In this document: positions 36,911-50,318 of the stretch, piece after piece
Layout of the letters: each line of letters begins with the position of its first letter
Numbering within the stretch: the first letter of the stretch is position 1
From: Neoconidiobolus thromboides FSU 785
Taxonomy: Eukaryota > Fungi > Entomophthoromycota
Direction: 5' to 3'
NCBI GenBank assembly: GCA_025603075.1
Contig: MU626301.1
Coordinates: 62,001 to 126,000 of the forward strand
Length of the DNA stretch: 64,000 nt
Notes under the pieces: generated by a model
The model's input: only the letters and a program-made list of their open reading frames with translations
What the model was told of the DNA's origin: nothing
Databases searched by the model: none
Position numbers and translations under genes: made by a program

Positions 36911-39900
36911 ATGAATTTTTTATACAACACATTTGTGGCACCGGAAATTCCTGAAGAGCAAAGCGGCGCAAACACGATTTACAAGTTAAGGGATAGGTTA
37001 GAATTAGAGACTGCATCTACTGACAGAAGATCAACGGTTCAAGCGCTTAAAGCCTTATCAAATGATTACAAAGAGGTATTGTAAAATATAAAAAAAATAA
37101 CATTAAATTAATTTTAAAATATCAGCTTGTTGGTGAGCAGTGTTTGAATCTACTAACAGCATTGTTTATTGAAGAAAAAGATGACACAACTTTAGTAAAT
37201 TATTATCTTGAGACTTTCGAAAACTTGTTCAATGTAGAGAAAGTGGTACTTTTATTTTTTTAAAATTTTTTACAAGCTTATAATTCAAGGGAGATAAAGA
37301 AGATTTAGGATACATCTTTGGTGCTCAGTTTGCTAAGGTACTTATAAATTTTCAAATAAAATTAATGTTTACTAATTCATATCCTAAGAATAATGGTGCA
37401 TTAAATAAGCTTTTTGAATGCTTAAGTAGTTCTGATTTTTATTTGAGATATAACGGAATAAGAGTAGTACAATTGCTTAAGAGTTCTGCGTCTGGATATG
37501 TTCAATCAGGATTACTTACTAACCCACTTGCTTTGGCAAGTATTGTAGATTTGTTAGATGATGAAAGAGAGATCATTAGAAATGAAGGATTATTGGTATT
37601 AATTGCACTGACCGAAAGCAACATGGAAATCCAAAAAATCATGGCTTTCCAAAATGTATTTGAAAAAGTTTTGGATACTATAGAGATGGAGAATGGGATA
37701 GATGGTGGAATTATTGTTCAAGATTGTTTGTTTTTGATTTTAAATTTACTGAATGATAATTTATCAAACCAAAACTTTTTTCGTGAATCAAGCTATATCC
37801 CACGTCTTTTAAAATTGTTGATCCCATTAACGGAGCAATTTAGTCCAAACGATTGGCAAGATCCTCAGAGAGTCAATAATATATTGAAGCTTTCTGATTT
37901 GATAAGAGTCCTGACTAAACCGAATGCCACTCATACAAAAGATAACCAAAATGCATTAGTCCGAAGTGGTTTTCTTGATATTTTAATACAAATCATTACG
38001 CTCCCAGTATTACCACGAATACTACATGCTCATTTTTTATTTTGTGTCGGGAATATAATTCGCGATAATCGGAATAATCAAGACAAATTCATATCAATAA
38101 CTTTGAAAAATGAGGAGTCTCTTCATCATGAGCCTTTTATAATTCATTTAGTATCTTTAGCTGTTGAAGATGATGTAGACGATATTGTTAGAATTGGTGC
38201 CACATTTGCGTTCCAAGTAGATTAGATAGTATTTCAATTGAATTACATTAATATCTTTAATAGGCCTATCTATTTAATAATCCAGATGCACAGTTAGCGT
38301 TAGCCTCTACGTTACGACCCCCACCCTCTCTTACTCCAGGTAAGGCAAATTGTTTTCTATTAGAGTAAGTAATACCTTTTTTTAGAGTTTGAGCAACCAA
38401 AATCTCCTGGAAGTATTTTAATACATTCCTTTTTTGATGACATGGAAGATATTGAAGCTGAAGAATCTATTTCTAATCAAAATATTCAACAAAGCCAAAT
38501 TCGCCCCTGGCTCGCTTCTTTGATGCTTACAAGTATTCTTCATTCAAATCCTGCATGTAAAAGCTTAGCTCTCAAAATCCAACTTGCAAGCCCAGATGGT
38601 AAATTCAAGTTGATTTTAAAATAAATCTAACAATTCAATCAAAGGTCCCGTTAGTTTAATAAATTACGTAGCCCAAAAGTTTATATCATTGGCTGATACT
38701 CAAATTGAAAATATCATCCCTCAACAAAAACAGATTTCGCATCCCCATTCTCAGCTTTGTTCGGGTTATTTATCTCTTTTAGCTACTTGGTTGCACGATC
38801 ACTCTCCCTCTGTTTCTGAGTTTTTAGCACAAAGCGCAAGTATCCAATACGTAATTTTATTTAATGAAATGTTTTTTGAATTTATACTAATAGGTATTTA
38901 GTTATTTGAAATCCTACAGCCTGGTTCATCAATTGGGGCTGATCCTTTGATAAAAGGTTTATCTTCTTTTGTTATTACAATACTTTATCAATTCAATGAT
39001 GATAATACTTCCCCATTTGCATCGTATGCTTTTTTTACGTTTTTTAAAGTAACTGTTCATTAATTATCTATAGCAAGATCCTTCGCACCTTTATTTTAAA
39101 AAGAGTAGGCTCTGATCAGATCTTTAATGCTGCCTCCAAAATTAGAAGTACACCAAGCTTCCGAGATGTCCACCCTTGGTATGAATTTCCTGAAACCTAT
39201 AGTTTAGAATCAACCCCTTCACTTGATCAATATAAATTAGATTACTCTTTTGTAGAGTTCTTTAAGCAGCAGTTTGGTAATTTAATCATTCGATTTAACT
39301 TAAAACATTAATTGCCCATAACTCTTTACTAAAAAGTTTAATTTAGAATCTGCTCAAGGGGCACTACTTGATGACAAAAAGGTTGACTACGCTAAGAAAG
39401 GTAAATTTATACTTATATCTAAGAGTGCTAGACTAATTTTGTTCAACAGTTGATACTACTCTTACTACTGGTGACAATGTACTTTTGAAAGACAAAGATA
39501 AAGAACTACAAAATAAAGATGAGGCTGCTGCAAAACTAGAGGCTAAAATACAAGAATTAGAAAGCCTATTAAAAAAACAAGCAACTGAGAGCGAAAAGGC
39601 GATCAAGGCTAAAGAAAATATATTGTTGGAAAAAGAAAAAATAATTTCAGAAAAATCCAAAGAAATTTCCGATAAGGATTCATTATTAATATCAAAAGAG
39701 GCTGAACTTTCTGTAATTAAAGATCAAGCCAAATCTCAATTGACTAGTAAAGACTCCCAACTCACAGCTATGGAAGCCGAATTATTAGTAGTAAAAAACC
39801 ATATCAAATCTCAAATAGATCAGAAAGAAAAAGAGATAATAGATAAAAATTTTATAATAAATACTAAAATATCGGAGATTGAAACTTTGAGAAAGCAGGT

Positions 39901-42900
39901 AAATGAAACAAACAACACAATAAGCAAGAACAAAGAAATGATGCAGGAAAAGTTAAATGAATTAAAACTTAAAGAAACGGAGCTTGCTAAAAAAGAGGAA
40001 ATAATCAAAGAAAAAGATGCTATGATCCATTCAAGTACACAAAAAAATCATAATAATGAGCAACAAACTTCCAAGAAAGATGAAGTAATTAAATTAAAAG
40101 AGGACGAGTTGAAGGAAAAGAACAAATTGATCCAAGAAAAGGAAGAGTTGATTCAAGCGAAACTTAAAGAATTGGCAAAGAAAGATCAGATAATTTATGA
40201 AAAAGATTCTATAATAGAATCAAAGAGTAAAGAGAGCATTGGTATTGGCCAACAAATATCCCAAAAAGATAAGGTAATCCAGTCAAAAGAAAAAGAGTTG
40301 AGAGAAAAAGATGAATTGTTGAAAGAAAAAGAGGACTTAATCCAGGCCAACCTAAAAGAATTGGAAGCTAAGCAAACAGAGATTGTAAAGAAAGATAAAG
40401 TAATTGAATCAAAAAACAAAACGAGCATTGACAATGAACATGAAGTTTCTGAGAAGGATAAGTTGATCCAATCAAAGGGAAGTGAGATAAAAAAGTTAAA
40501 TGAATTATTGAAAGAAAAAGAGGAATTGCTTCAAGCTAAATTAAAAGAGTTAGAATTAAAAGAGAATAAATTAGTTGAGAAGGACCTAGTAATTTCTGAA
40601 AAGGATACTACAATTGAGTCAATAAATAATGAAAGCTTTAATAAAGAACAACAATCTTCTGAAAAAGATAAAATAATTCAATTGAAAGAGAATGAATTAA
40701 AAGAAAAAGACCAGCTAATTCAAACCAAGTTGAAAGAGTTAGAAGCTAAAGAAGCGGATCTAGTTGAGAAAGCATATATTATTTCTGAAAAGGATGCAAT
40801 AATTGAGTCTAAGAACAAAGAAGGCTTCAATACTGGGCAACAAGTATCTCAAAAAGATAGATTAATTCAATTAAAAGAAAAGGAGTTGAGGGAAAAAGAT
40901 CGATTGTTAAAAGAAAAGGAAGAGTTAGTACAAGCTAACTTAAAAGAGTTAGAGGTAAAAGAAGCAGAGTTGATAAAGAAAGATGAAATTATTTTTGAGA
41001 AGAATGCCATAATTGACTCAAAAAATAAAGAAGGGCTTGATAGTAAACAGCAATTTTCCCAGAGGGATGAGATAATTCAATTAAAGGAAAATGAACTAAG
41101 AGAAAAGAATAAATTGTTACAAGAAAAGGAAAACTTGATTCATGCCAAATCAAAAGAGATAGAGATAAAACAAGCCGAATTGGTTAAAAAAGATGAAATA
41201 ATTTCTGAGAAAGATATAGCACTTGAAGCAAAAAATAAAGAGAGTCTTGATAATGAACAGCAAGTATCTAAGAAAGAAGAATTAATTAAATCAAAAGATA
41301 AGGAATTGAAAGAGAAAACTGCTCTATTGAACAAAAAGGAAGAATTAGTTCAGGAGAAGTTGAAAGAATTAAAAGTCAAAGAAGCAGAGCTCATCAAGAA
41401 AAATGAAATCATTTCTGAAAAAGATGCAATAATTGAGTTAAAAGGTAAAGAGAGCCTTAATAACGAACGACAAGTTTCTCAAAAGGATGAGATAATCCAA
41501 TCAAAGGAAAAGGAGCTGAGAGAAAAAGATGCGTTATTAAAACAAAAGGAAGAGTTGGTACAAGCTAAATTAAATGAATTGGAGATCAAAGAAACAGAAT
41601 TAGTTAAGAGGGATCAAATTATTTGCGAAAAGGATATAATTATTGAATCAAAAAGCAACGAAACTTTTAATAACAAACAGGAAGCTTCTAAAAAAGATGA
41701 GATGATTCAATCAAAAGAAAATGAGTTGAAACAAAAAGAGGAACTAATTCAAGCCAAAATGAAGGAGTTGGGTGAGAAAGACCAAATAATTTCTGCAAAG
41801 AATGCAACAATTGAGTCAAAATGCAAAGAAAACTTTGATATTGAACAACAAGTTTCCCAGAAGGACAAAACTATCCAATTAAAAGAAAATGAGCTGAGAA
41901 AAAAAGAAACATTATTAAAAGTAAAGGAAGACTTGATTCAAGCTAAATTGGAGGATTTAGCTAAAAAAGACCAAATAATTGCTGAAAAGGATTCAATAAT
42001 TGCAGCTAAAGAAAGTGAAATTTTCACCAATAAGCAACAAGCTTCCAAGAGAGATCAAATTATTCAATCAAAAGAAGACGAGATAATGGAAAAAAACAAA
42101 TTGTTGGGAGAAAAAGAGGAAGTAATTCAATCTAAGTTGAAGGATTTAGAAGCTAAGGAATCAGAATTGATAAAGAAAGAAGAATTAATTAAATCAAAAG
42201 ATAAAATGGTCATTGACAATGAACAACAGTTATCTAAAAAAGATCAAATAATCCACTTGAAGGAAAATGAGTTGTTACAAAAAAATGAATTGTTGAAAGA
42301 AAAAGAAGAGTTGATAGAGACCAAGTTAAAAGAGTTAGAAGCCAAGAAAATGGAACTAGTAGAGAAAGACCAAATCATTTCCGAAAAAGAGGTCATAATT
42401 GATTCAAAAAATAAGGAAAATCTTGATTTTAAACAGCAGTCTTCTAAAAAAGATGAATTGATAAAATCAAAAGAAGCTGAATTAAGAGAAAAAAGTAAAT
42501 TATTAAAGGAAAAAGAAGACTTGATTCAAGTCAAGGTAGAAGAATTGGCCAAGAAAGATCAAATCATTTTAGATAAAGATTCGATGATTGCAGTCAAAGA
42601 GAAGGAGAAACTTATTTATGAGCAAAAAGTTTCCCAAATAAGTGAAGTAGTCCAATCAAAGGAGAAAGAGTTAAAGGAAAAAAATAAGTTATTACAAGAA
42701 AAAGAAAACTTAATTTCAGTCAAATTAGATGAGTTGGAATCCAAAGAAGCCGAATTAATTAAGAAAGATCAATTTATTTCTGAAAGAAATGCCATAATTG
42801 AATCAACGAGGAATGAAAATCTTGAGAATCAACGACAAGTTTCCAAAAAGGATGAGATAATCCAATTGAAAGAGAATGAGCTAAAACAAAAGGATGAATT

Positions 42901-44161
42901 AATTCAAGCAAAATTGAAAGAATTAGAAGCTAAAGAAGCAGAACTAATTAAGAAAGATGAGATCATTTCTGAAAAAGATTCAATAATTGAGGCAAAGGAT
43001 AAAGAAAGACTTAATAATGAGCAACAGGTTCTCAAGAAAGATAAGGTAATTCAATCAAAAGAGAAGGAATTGAAAGAAAAAATCGGATTATTACAAGAAA
43101 AAGAAGTGTTAATTTCAATCAAGTTAAGTGAATTAGAAATTAAAGAGGCAGAGTTAATTAAGAAAGACCAAGTTATTTCTGAGAAAGATGCCATTATTAA
43201 ATTAAAAAGCAAAGAAAGCCTTGAAAATGAACAAGAAATTTATAACAATAATAAACTTATCCAACTAAAAGATGAAGAGCTTAAGGAAAAAAATGATTTA
43301 TTAAGAAAGAAAGAGGAAGTAATCTTAACCAAATTGGATGAGTTAGAGGTTAAAAATGCAGAATTAATTAAAAGAGATCAAATCATTTCTGAAAAGGGTG
43401 CTTTGATTGACACAATAAAGAAAGAAAACCTCAATAATGAACAGCGAGTTTCTGAAAAGGATAAATTGATCCAATCAAAAGAAATCGAATTGAAACAAAA
43501 AGAGGAATTGATCCAAATCAAAATGAAAGAATTGGAAGACAAAGGAGCAGAATTGATGAAGAAAGACCAAATTATTTCTGAGAAAGATGCTATAATTGAA
43601 TCAAAGAGTAAAGAAGACCTTGATAATGAGCAACAATCTTCTAAAAAAGATGAAATTATTCAATTAAAAGAGAAAGAACTGCAACAGAAAATTGAGCTGT
43701 TGAATGAAAAAGAAAAAATTATAAGTGAACAGGAAAATATAATTGAAATCAAAACTCAACATTTTGAAGATATTGTATCTCAGTTAGCTGATAAGGATAA
43801 AATCATTCAAGATAAAGATTTAGAAATCAATGTGAAATATAGGAATTATGAAGATAATAGTATTTTATTAGCTGAAAAGGATGAAATTATAAGCGAAAAG
43901 GAAAAAGAAATAAATGAAAACCAACTTCGACTAAAAGAAAAGGATAGTCTTTTGTTTGAAAAGGAAAAAGTAATTAAACTAAAAGAAGAAGAGTTGGCTG
44001 AGAAGTTGAATTTAATTATGAAAATAGATGAGAGTTTAAAAGAAAAAGAAAATATATTAAAGGCAAAAGATAAAGAGCTATTTGATAAAACTAAATTAAT
44101 TAGTGAAATGGAAGAAAGTATGAAGGAAAGAAATATCCAGCCGGAAGTTTTTTATATTTAG
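36911..44161 (+). CDS. USO1: Uso1/p115 ER-Golgi vesicle tether: armadillo head plus a very long repetitive coiled-coil exon
   Basis: Head motifs EQSGANTIYKLRDRL..DRRSTVQALKAL, IVDLLDDEREIIRNEGL, QKIMAFQNVFE, GGIIVQDCL, NQNFFRE. The last head exon splices in frame (AAA G|gtaaat...caacag|TT GAT) into the 1558-aa ORF, which lacks its own start ATG. Confidence 0.8.
40034..43750 (+). repeat. About 19 tandem protein modules, each a whole number of heptads (49-70 aa), in the Uso1 tail
   Basis: Example module: KNKEGFN TGQQVSQ KDRLIQL KEKELRE KDRLLKE KEELVQA NLKELEV KEAELIK KDEIIFE KNAIIDS. Hand parse gives heptads per unit 9,9,10,9,10,10,10,10,8,9,9,10,9,10,9,10,10,9,7. Confidence 0.9.
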
Positions 44162-44675
44162 AATTATAGCTATGTCCATTTCGAATAATTTATCAAGTAA
44201 AACTAATAAAATTGACTTATTCTATATGCTTTTATATATCGCTATTAGAATATATGTTATACTTTTCAAGCAGATACTTTATATACTTATAGTGTATAAA
44301 TATCAATATTATCAAAACTAAAGTCCCTACGTAATAGGTATTTATTAATAATTAACAAGAATTTATAAAAAATTAGAATTAAAATAAAACTAAAAATGAA
44401 AAAGCATTAAATAATCACATGTCAATATTTGGTTTATAAAACTATCATTGATATATTAAAATCTTTTTTTTTTTAATTTTCTATTATTTATCTTAATGAA
44501 ATCTTACTGCGAAGTTCAGTGTTATTTAAAAAACATAAATACCAAAATTTACTTTTATTAAAATTGTAAGAATTTTTTCTAAAACTTCTCTTATTTGGTT
44601 TTTAATTCTGTCAATTTATAAGAATTAAAAAGGGATGTGTCAAATAAAATTGTATAAATTTGACTAAAATATTAA

Positions 44676-44778
44676 ATGGGGGATATTTTTTCTGGTTTTA
44701 TCACTTTCCTTTTTTTTAAGCGCCATTTGAGCAAAAAGATTACCAGTAAAATTCTTAAATGAAAAAATACATCCCCAA
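44676..44778 (-). mobile_element. MITE-like repeat copy, diverged
   Basis: atgggggatattttttctggttttatcactttcc...taagcgccatttgagc...cagtaaaattcttaaatgaaaaaatacatcccc. Confidence 0.8.
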
Positions 44779-45588
44779 ATAATTAATTTTTTGATTATTT
44801 GAATTTGTCTAAAAAAGCTATTGCCGGATTATTATTTCAAATATTCAGAAAAGAATTACCGGATTATTACGGAAATAATTTTCACAATTTTATTTTTTGA
44901 TGTATTTATTATAACAAACTGGTAGATATATATTGTTGTTTAAGCTATTTTTATATCAACGACATTGAAGTTATTTTACTTAATATTAAAATATTGTTTT
45001 ATTATGATTTGGTGTAGAAAATTTATATTTATAAAGTAACACTTCTTTTGAAATCCTTAACTAAACATATATATAATAGGTAATAAAGCTTGTTGAGTAA
45101 AATAGCCATAAGGAAACAAAACAATAGAAATAAGATTATAGAGATAAAGTGATTAGCTATAATGAGGGAGCTCAATCAAAGTCCTGGATTTAAAAACATT
45201 TGTTAAATAAATTCTGTTTTAAATATACATTATAGGTATATAAAAAATGTAATAGTTTTTATCAATATTTTATAATCTCGCTAAATTCAAGATTTATTAT
45301 GGTAAATTGATATTAACGTCAGGAGTAAATTAATAATCAAAAGCACCACTATTTATTAAATGAGTACCTCAATTAGTAAATATAAAAACAAGATTATGAT
45401 ATGGCTATATTTAATTTGTAAAGTATAAATAATTGATTAATTTGATTTGCTGAAATTCATTTTTGGTAAATGTTCCAAGTAATGTGATTTTTTATTGGCT
45501 TAGAATCATTTACTAATTAAAAATCAAAATTATATAAATCAATTTCAAACCTTACATAACAGCATTTTGTTATTCAAATTTTACTAGA

Positions 45589-48500
45589 ATGTCTTTAGAA
45601 AAAGCTACTAGCTCAAATAGTTGCTTTGCGCTAAGTAAAGAAAGAGTCGCTTCTTTAGTTGCTGATAAGTCTTTCGATGAGTTAAAGGCATTAAATGGAG
45701 TTGAAGGTATAATGAAAGAGTTAAAGGTTAATTCAGTTAAAAAAGGGCTAAGTTCTGATGAAACGTTGATTCCAGGTCAAGTGCTAGAAAAGAAAGATTT
45801 CGGAAGTTTCATTCATCGTAAAGAATACTATGGAAAAAATGTAAGCATATTCATTATTTTATTTATAGCATTTACTTTAATATTTAGATTTTACCTGAAG
45901 TTAAACCTCGCTCATTGTTTTCTTTAATGTTTGAAGCTTACCAAGATCCTACGTTGAGTATATCACTATGTTGTCACATTATAATTAACTAACATATTTA
46001 AATAGTCATGTTAAGCATTGCTTCATTAATTTCATTAATAATTGGTGTTTATGAAGATTCTTTAAAGGATCCCAGCTTAAATGAACCAAAATTAGGCTGG
46101 GTTGAAGGTATAATTTTTAACATTTTAAAATTTTTTAAACTTATTTTAAGGTGTCGCTATTCAAATTGCTGTTTTGATTGTTATATTAACCAATGCTATC
46201 AATGATTATCAAAAGGAAAAACAATTCCGAATTTTAAATGCCAAGAAAGAAGATCGCTTAGTTAAGGTTATAAGAGATAGCTTACAACAAGAAATATCCG
46301 TTTATAAATTAGTTGTTGGTGACGTTGTTTTATTAGAGCCTGGAGAAATAATTCCTGTTGACTGCTTATTGGTTGAAGGCTTTAATATTATTTGTGATGA
46401 ATCGTCTGCTACTGGAGAATCTGAGGCAATCAAAAAAGGAAAAGTAGAAAACAGCTTGGATCCCTTTTTGTTATCTGGTTCAAAAGTATTATCTGGCGTA
46501 GGTAAAGCAATAGTTGTTGCAGTAGGTGAAAATTCATTTGCTGGCAAAACCTTGATGTCAATGAGAGAAGAAAGTGATGACACCACCCCACTTCAAGAAA
46601 AATTAGGTGATTTAGCCAACCAAATATCTATTTTCGGCCTTGCAGCCGCTATTGTTATTGTTATTGTTCTGGTAGCAATATATAGTATGGATGTATACAA
46701 TGGTAAAATAAATCCAAGTACTACCGAAATGTTTTCAATGGGAGTCAATATTATTGTACAAGCAATCACTATCGTTGTTGTTGCTGTTCCAGAGGGACTT
46801 CCGATGGCTGTCACTCTAGCTCTTGCCTATGCAACAACTCAGATGATTAAAGATAATAATCTTGTTCGTGTACTTGCTTCTTGTGAAACGATGGGAAATG
46901 CAACAGTGTTATGTAGTGATAAGACTGGAACCCTTACATTAAATGAAATGACAGTGGTAAAAGGACAAATAGCTAAGGTCAATTTTGAAGATTCAGATGT
47001 ATTAAAGGGTAATTTGGACTTTGCTGTATCTGAATTGCTGTGCAAAGCAATTTCATGTAATTCTTCTGCATTTGAAGGTAAAGATGAAAAAGGGAATATC
47101 AATTTGATTGGATCTAGAACTGAATGTGCACTCTTAAGTTTTATTCAAGGTATGGGACATGACTTTATGAAGACAAGAGAGGAAAACAATATTGTTAAAG
47201 TTTATCCATTTTCTTCTGAAGTAAAATCAATGACAACCATAGTTGAGTTAAACAAGGACAAATGTCGTTTATTTAGTACTGGGGCATCTGAGATTTTATT
47301 AGAAAAGTCAAAGTTTTATTTAGATAAAGATAACGTAATTAATGAGATTGATGCTGAGCAATTTGATAGATTTAATCAAACTATTTCAGTAATGGCAGAT
47401 GAAAGTTTAAGAACCATTGCAATCGGATATAAAGATATACAACGCAATGTTGTTTCAGATAAAAATGATTTGGAATCTCTAATTTTAATTGGTATTGTTG
47501 GTATTGAAGATCCTTTAAGAGAAGGGGTAACAAATTCTATGGAAATATTTAAAAAGGCAGGTGTACAGGTTAAAATGATCACTGGTGATAACTTAAAAAC
47601 CGCATGTGCAATTGCAAAAAAAGCAGGGATCTTAACTACAGGTGGTATTGCAATGACTGGGAATGAGTTTAATAAATTAAATGGTGAACAAAGATTAGCT
47701 GTTTTGCCAAAATTACAAGTGTTAGCAAGGTCTTCACCATCGGATAAACTCAATATTGTAAAAGGTTTAAAGCAGCTAGATGAAGTTGTTGCAATGACTG
47801 GTGATGGTACAAATGATGGTCCTGCACTCAAATTAAGTGATGTTGGTTTTGGAATGGGAATATGTGGTACTGAAGTTGCAAAAGAAGCTTCATCAATTAT
47901 TTTAATGGATGACAATTTTAATTCCATTGTCAATGCACTTAGATGGGGAAGATCTATCAACAATTCGGTTAAGAAATTTTTACAGTTCCAAATTACTGTT
48001 AACATTGTTGCAGTAATAACATCTTTCTACTCTTCTGTTGTTGACCCAAACCATCGCTCAGTTCTTAGTACTGTACAACTATTATGGGTAAATCTAATTA
48101 TGGATACATTAGCTGCTTTGGCTTTGGCAACTGAACCCCCTACTGACGATTTAATAGATTCTTATCCTGCCTCAAAGAAAGCTTCTTTAATTTCATACAA
48201 AATGTGGAAGCATATTATTGGACAATCAGTATTTCAATTAATTGTAACACTTTTATTACTTGATTATGGTGAACATATATTATTTAACGATAATGATATT
48301 AATGTATTAAATACAGCCGTATTTAATACATTTGTATTTTTACAAGTGTTTAATCAATTTAATTGTCGTAGAATTTGTGATCAAAAGAATGTTTTCGAAA
48401 ACATATCAAATAATTTAGTGTTTAATATTATTCAAGTTATTGTTGTAGTTGGGCAACTATTTTTGGTTCAATTTGGTGGTAACTATTTTTCAACTACTCC

Positions 48501-48675
48501 ACTTACTTTATACCAACACCTCATAACTATTGCAATCGGTTCTCTCTCTTTACCAATAGGACTTGTATTAAGATTAATTCCAGAGCCAAAATCATCAACA
48601 AACCAACATCATACTCCTTTAGTTTCAATTGAACAACTCGAAAAAGAGCACCTTCAAAATAAAAAAGTAAATTGA
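45589..48675 (+). CDS. PMC1: P2B-type Ca2+-ATPase (PMCA/Pmc1)
   Basis: DESSATGES, VAVPEGLPMAVTLALA, phosphorylation motif DKTGTLT, MITGDN, MTGDGTNDGPALK, LLWVNLIMDTLAALALATEPP; 4 exons. Confidence 0.95.
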
Positions 48676-48976
48676 TTCTAGATAAATGGGATTTTGTTCT
48701 TAATAAAAAAAACTAATAAAACTAATATTTACCATTTATCACGTATTATTTAACTTTTACTTCGTTACTACTTAATAACAACTCAACATCTATACAATAT
48801 TCACAAGTGAATCCTATTTAGGTTAGATTACAATTATATCATTTTTAAATCGTTGAACGCTATACTGAAACTTCAAGTTAATAAAAAACAAAAGCAAGAA
48901 TTAAAGAATAATGTGCTAAATATTATAATCTTGTAGCTTTTATTTATACTTTATTAATGCTTTTGCCTTTTAATAT

Positions 48977-49080
48977 ATGGGGATGTATTTTCATGTTTAA
49001 GAATTTTACTAACAAATTTTCCGCTTAAATAGTGCTTAAAAAATCGAAAAAATAATGAAGTCAAAAAAAAACACTCCCAT
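48977..49080 (+). mobile_element. MITE-like repeat copy (near consensus)
   Basis: atggggatgtattttcatgtttaagaattttactaacaaattttccgcttaaatagtgcttaaaaaatcgaaaaaataatgaagtcaaaaaaaaacactcccat; ATAT on both flanks. Confidence 0.9.
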
Positions 49081-49134
49081 ATAATAAAAGTGATTATAAT
49101 AGTTCGTATATCTTTTACAATATACTTAACATAC

Positions 49135-49231
49135 ATGAGTATATTTTATGTTTAAAATTTTAATAACAATTTTCCACTCGAATAGTGCTTAAAAAATGCA
49201 AAAGCAATGAAGCCAAAAAAAACACCTTTAT
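49135..49231 (+). mobile_element. Older MITE-like copy, in direct tandem about 54 bp after the previous one
   Basis: atgagtatattttatgtttaaaattttaataacaattttccactcgaatagtgcttaaaaaatgcaaaagcaatgaagccaaaaaaaacacc. Confidence 0.75.
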
Positions 49232-50318
49232 ATATCCCAATTTCTATCTAAATGTATACTTATTTTAAAAGCCAGATTAAATACTTTTAACTAGAAACTA
49301 CCTAAGTTATAATACAATTAAAACATACATACTAGTTAAAATGTTGATGATAGGTAATGCATCGTAACATTTTATAATGATGTGATAGTAAAACATAAAA
49401 AATGCCATTGATATAATCTAAAAATTTATATTGACAAAAATCTAATTTCCGATTTTATAAAGAAATATACTTGATATAGATGTTAGATCAAAAATTGAGT
49501 TCTTCCTACTTTATAAACAATGTTCTAAAAACCAGGCTGGGTAAGTAAACCTTTTTACAATTAGCTCTTTAGAATAGATATATAAAGGAAGTAGTGTAAA
49601 GGAAGTAGTAGATATAAATCAGTTGCTGCTTAAAGATATAAGAAAAGGTGCAAAAGGAATGTATAGTGTAAAGTTGTTTGTTATAGTTGAAGAGTGCAAC
49701 AAAAAATGAGTGTTTTTTAACAACCCATGACTAAATTTTGAACCATTATAACCTTTTTTTACTATTTTTGATTATAAGATTTAGTGTTCTCGTTTTTTGT
49801 CCGAAGTTTGTCCATATAAAACATGACAGATTAGATGACAAAATTAAATTAACAGTAGAACATGAGGTGGCTATAAATGGGCATAAGATTTATTTAAACT
49901 TATTATGTATTAAAAGATGAAGTAAGGTTTTTTTGTTTATCATATATGGGCCAATTTTTGCTAATTTTAATGCTTCCAGTTTACTGCAAATTTATAAAAA
50001 TATTGCAGAAAAAATAGCTTTTTGCATAATTTTTGGAAAGCTATTTAGTTTTATACAAGTTCAAATCAGAAAAATAGAAGCTTTAATCTGATCTTTAGAC
50101 TTATTAAAAAATATCATAACTAAAAAAACATCACAAATAATAAAAACTTTATGAATATTGAGATACTTGATATATTTTATTGTATAAGATATATTCATTG
50201 TTTTTAGTAAATCTTCAACTTTTTTGAAAATAAGTAAACTCGTTTTAATTGGTAAGAATATTTTTATAAAATTGTTTTTTCAAATTTTGATTCAATTTTA
50301 AAAGTTTAGAATTTAAAA

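Noticed and set aside
46302-48005. Antisense ORFs of up to 209 aa inside PMC1 (and similar ones inside USO1, FAHD1, ChAPs and the Gag ORF)
   Set aside because: Shadows of strongly conserved sense genes with no recognisable motifs of their own.
49300-50250. Stop-interrupted reading-frame remnants between the MITEs and uL10m (similar remnants near 27000-27600)
   Set aside because: No family could be assigned without a database search.
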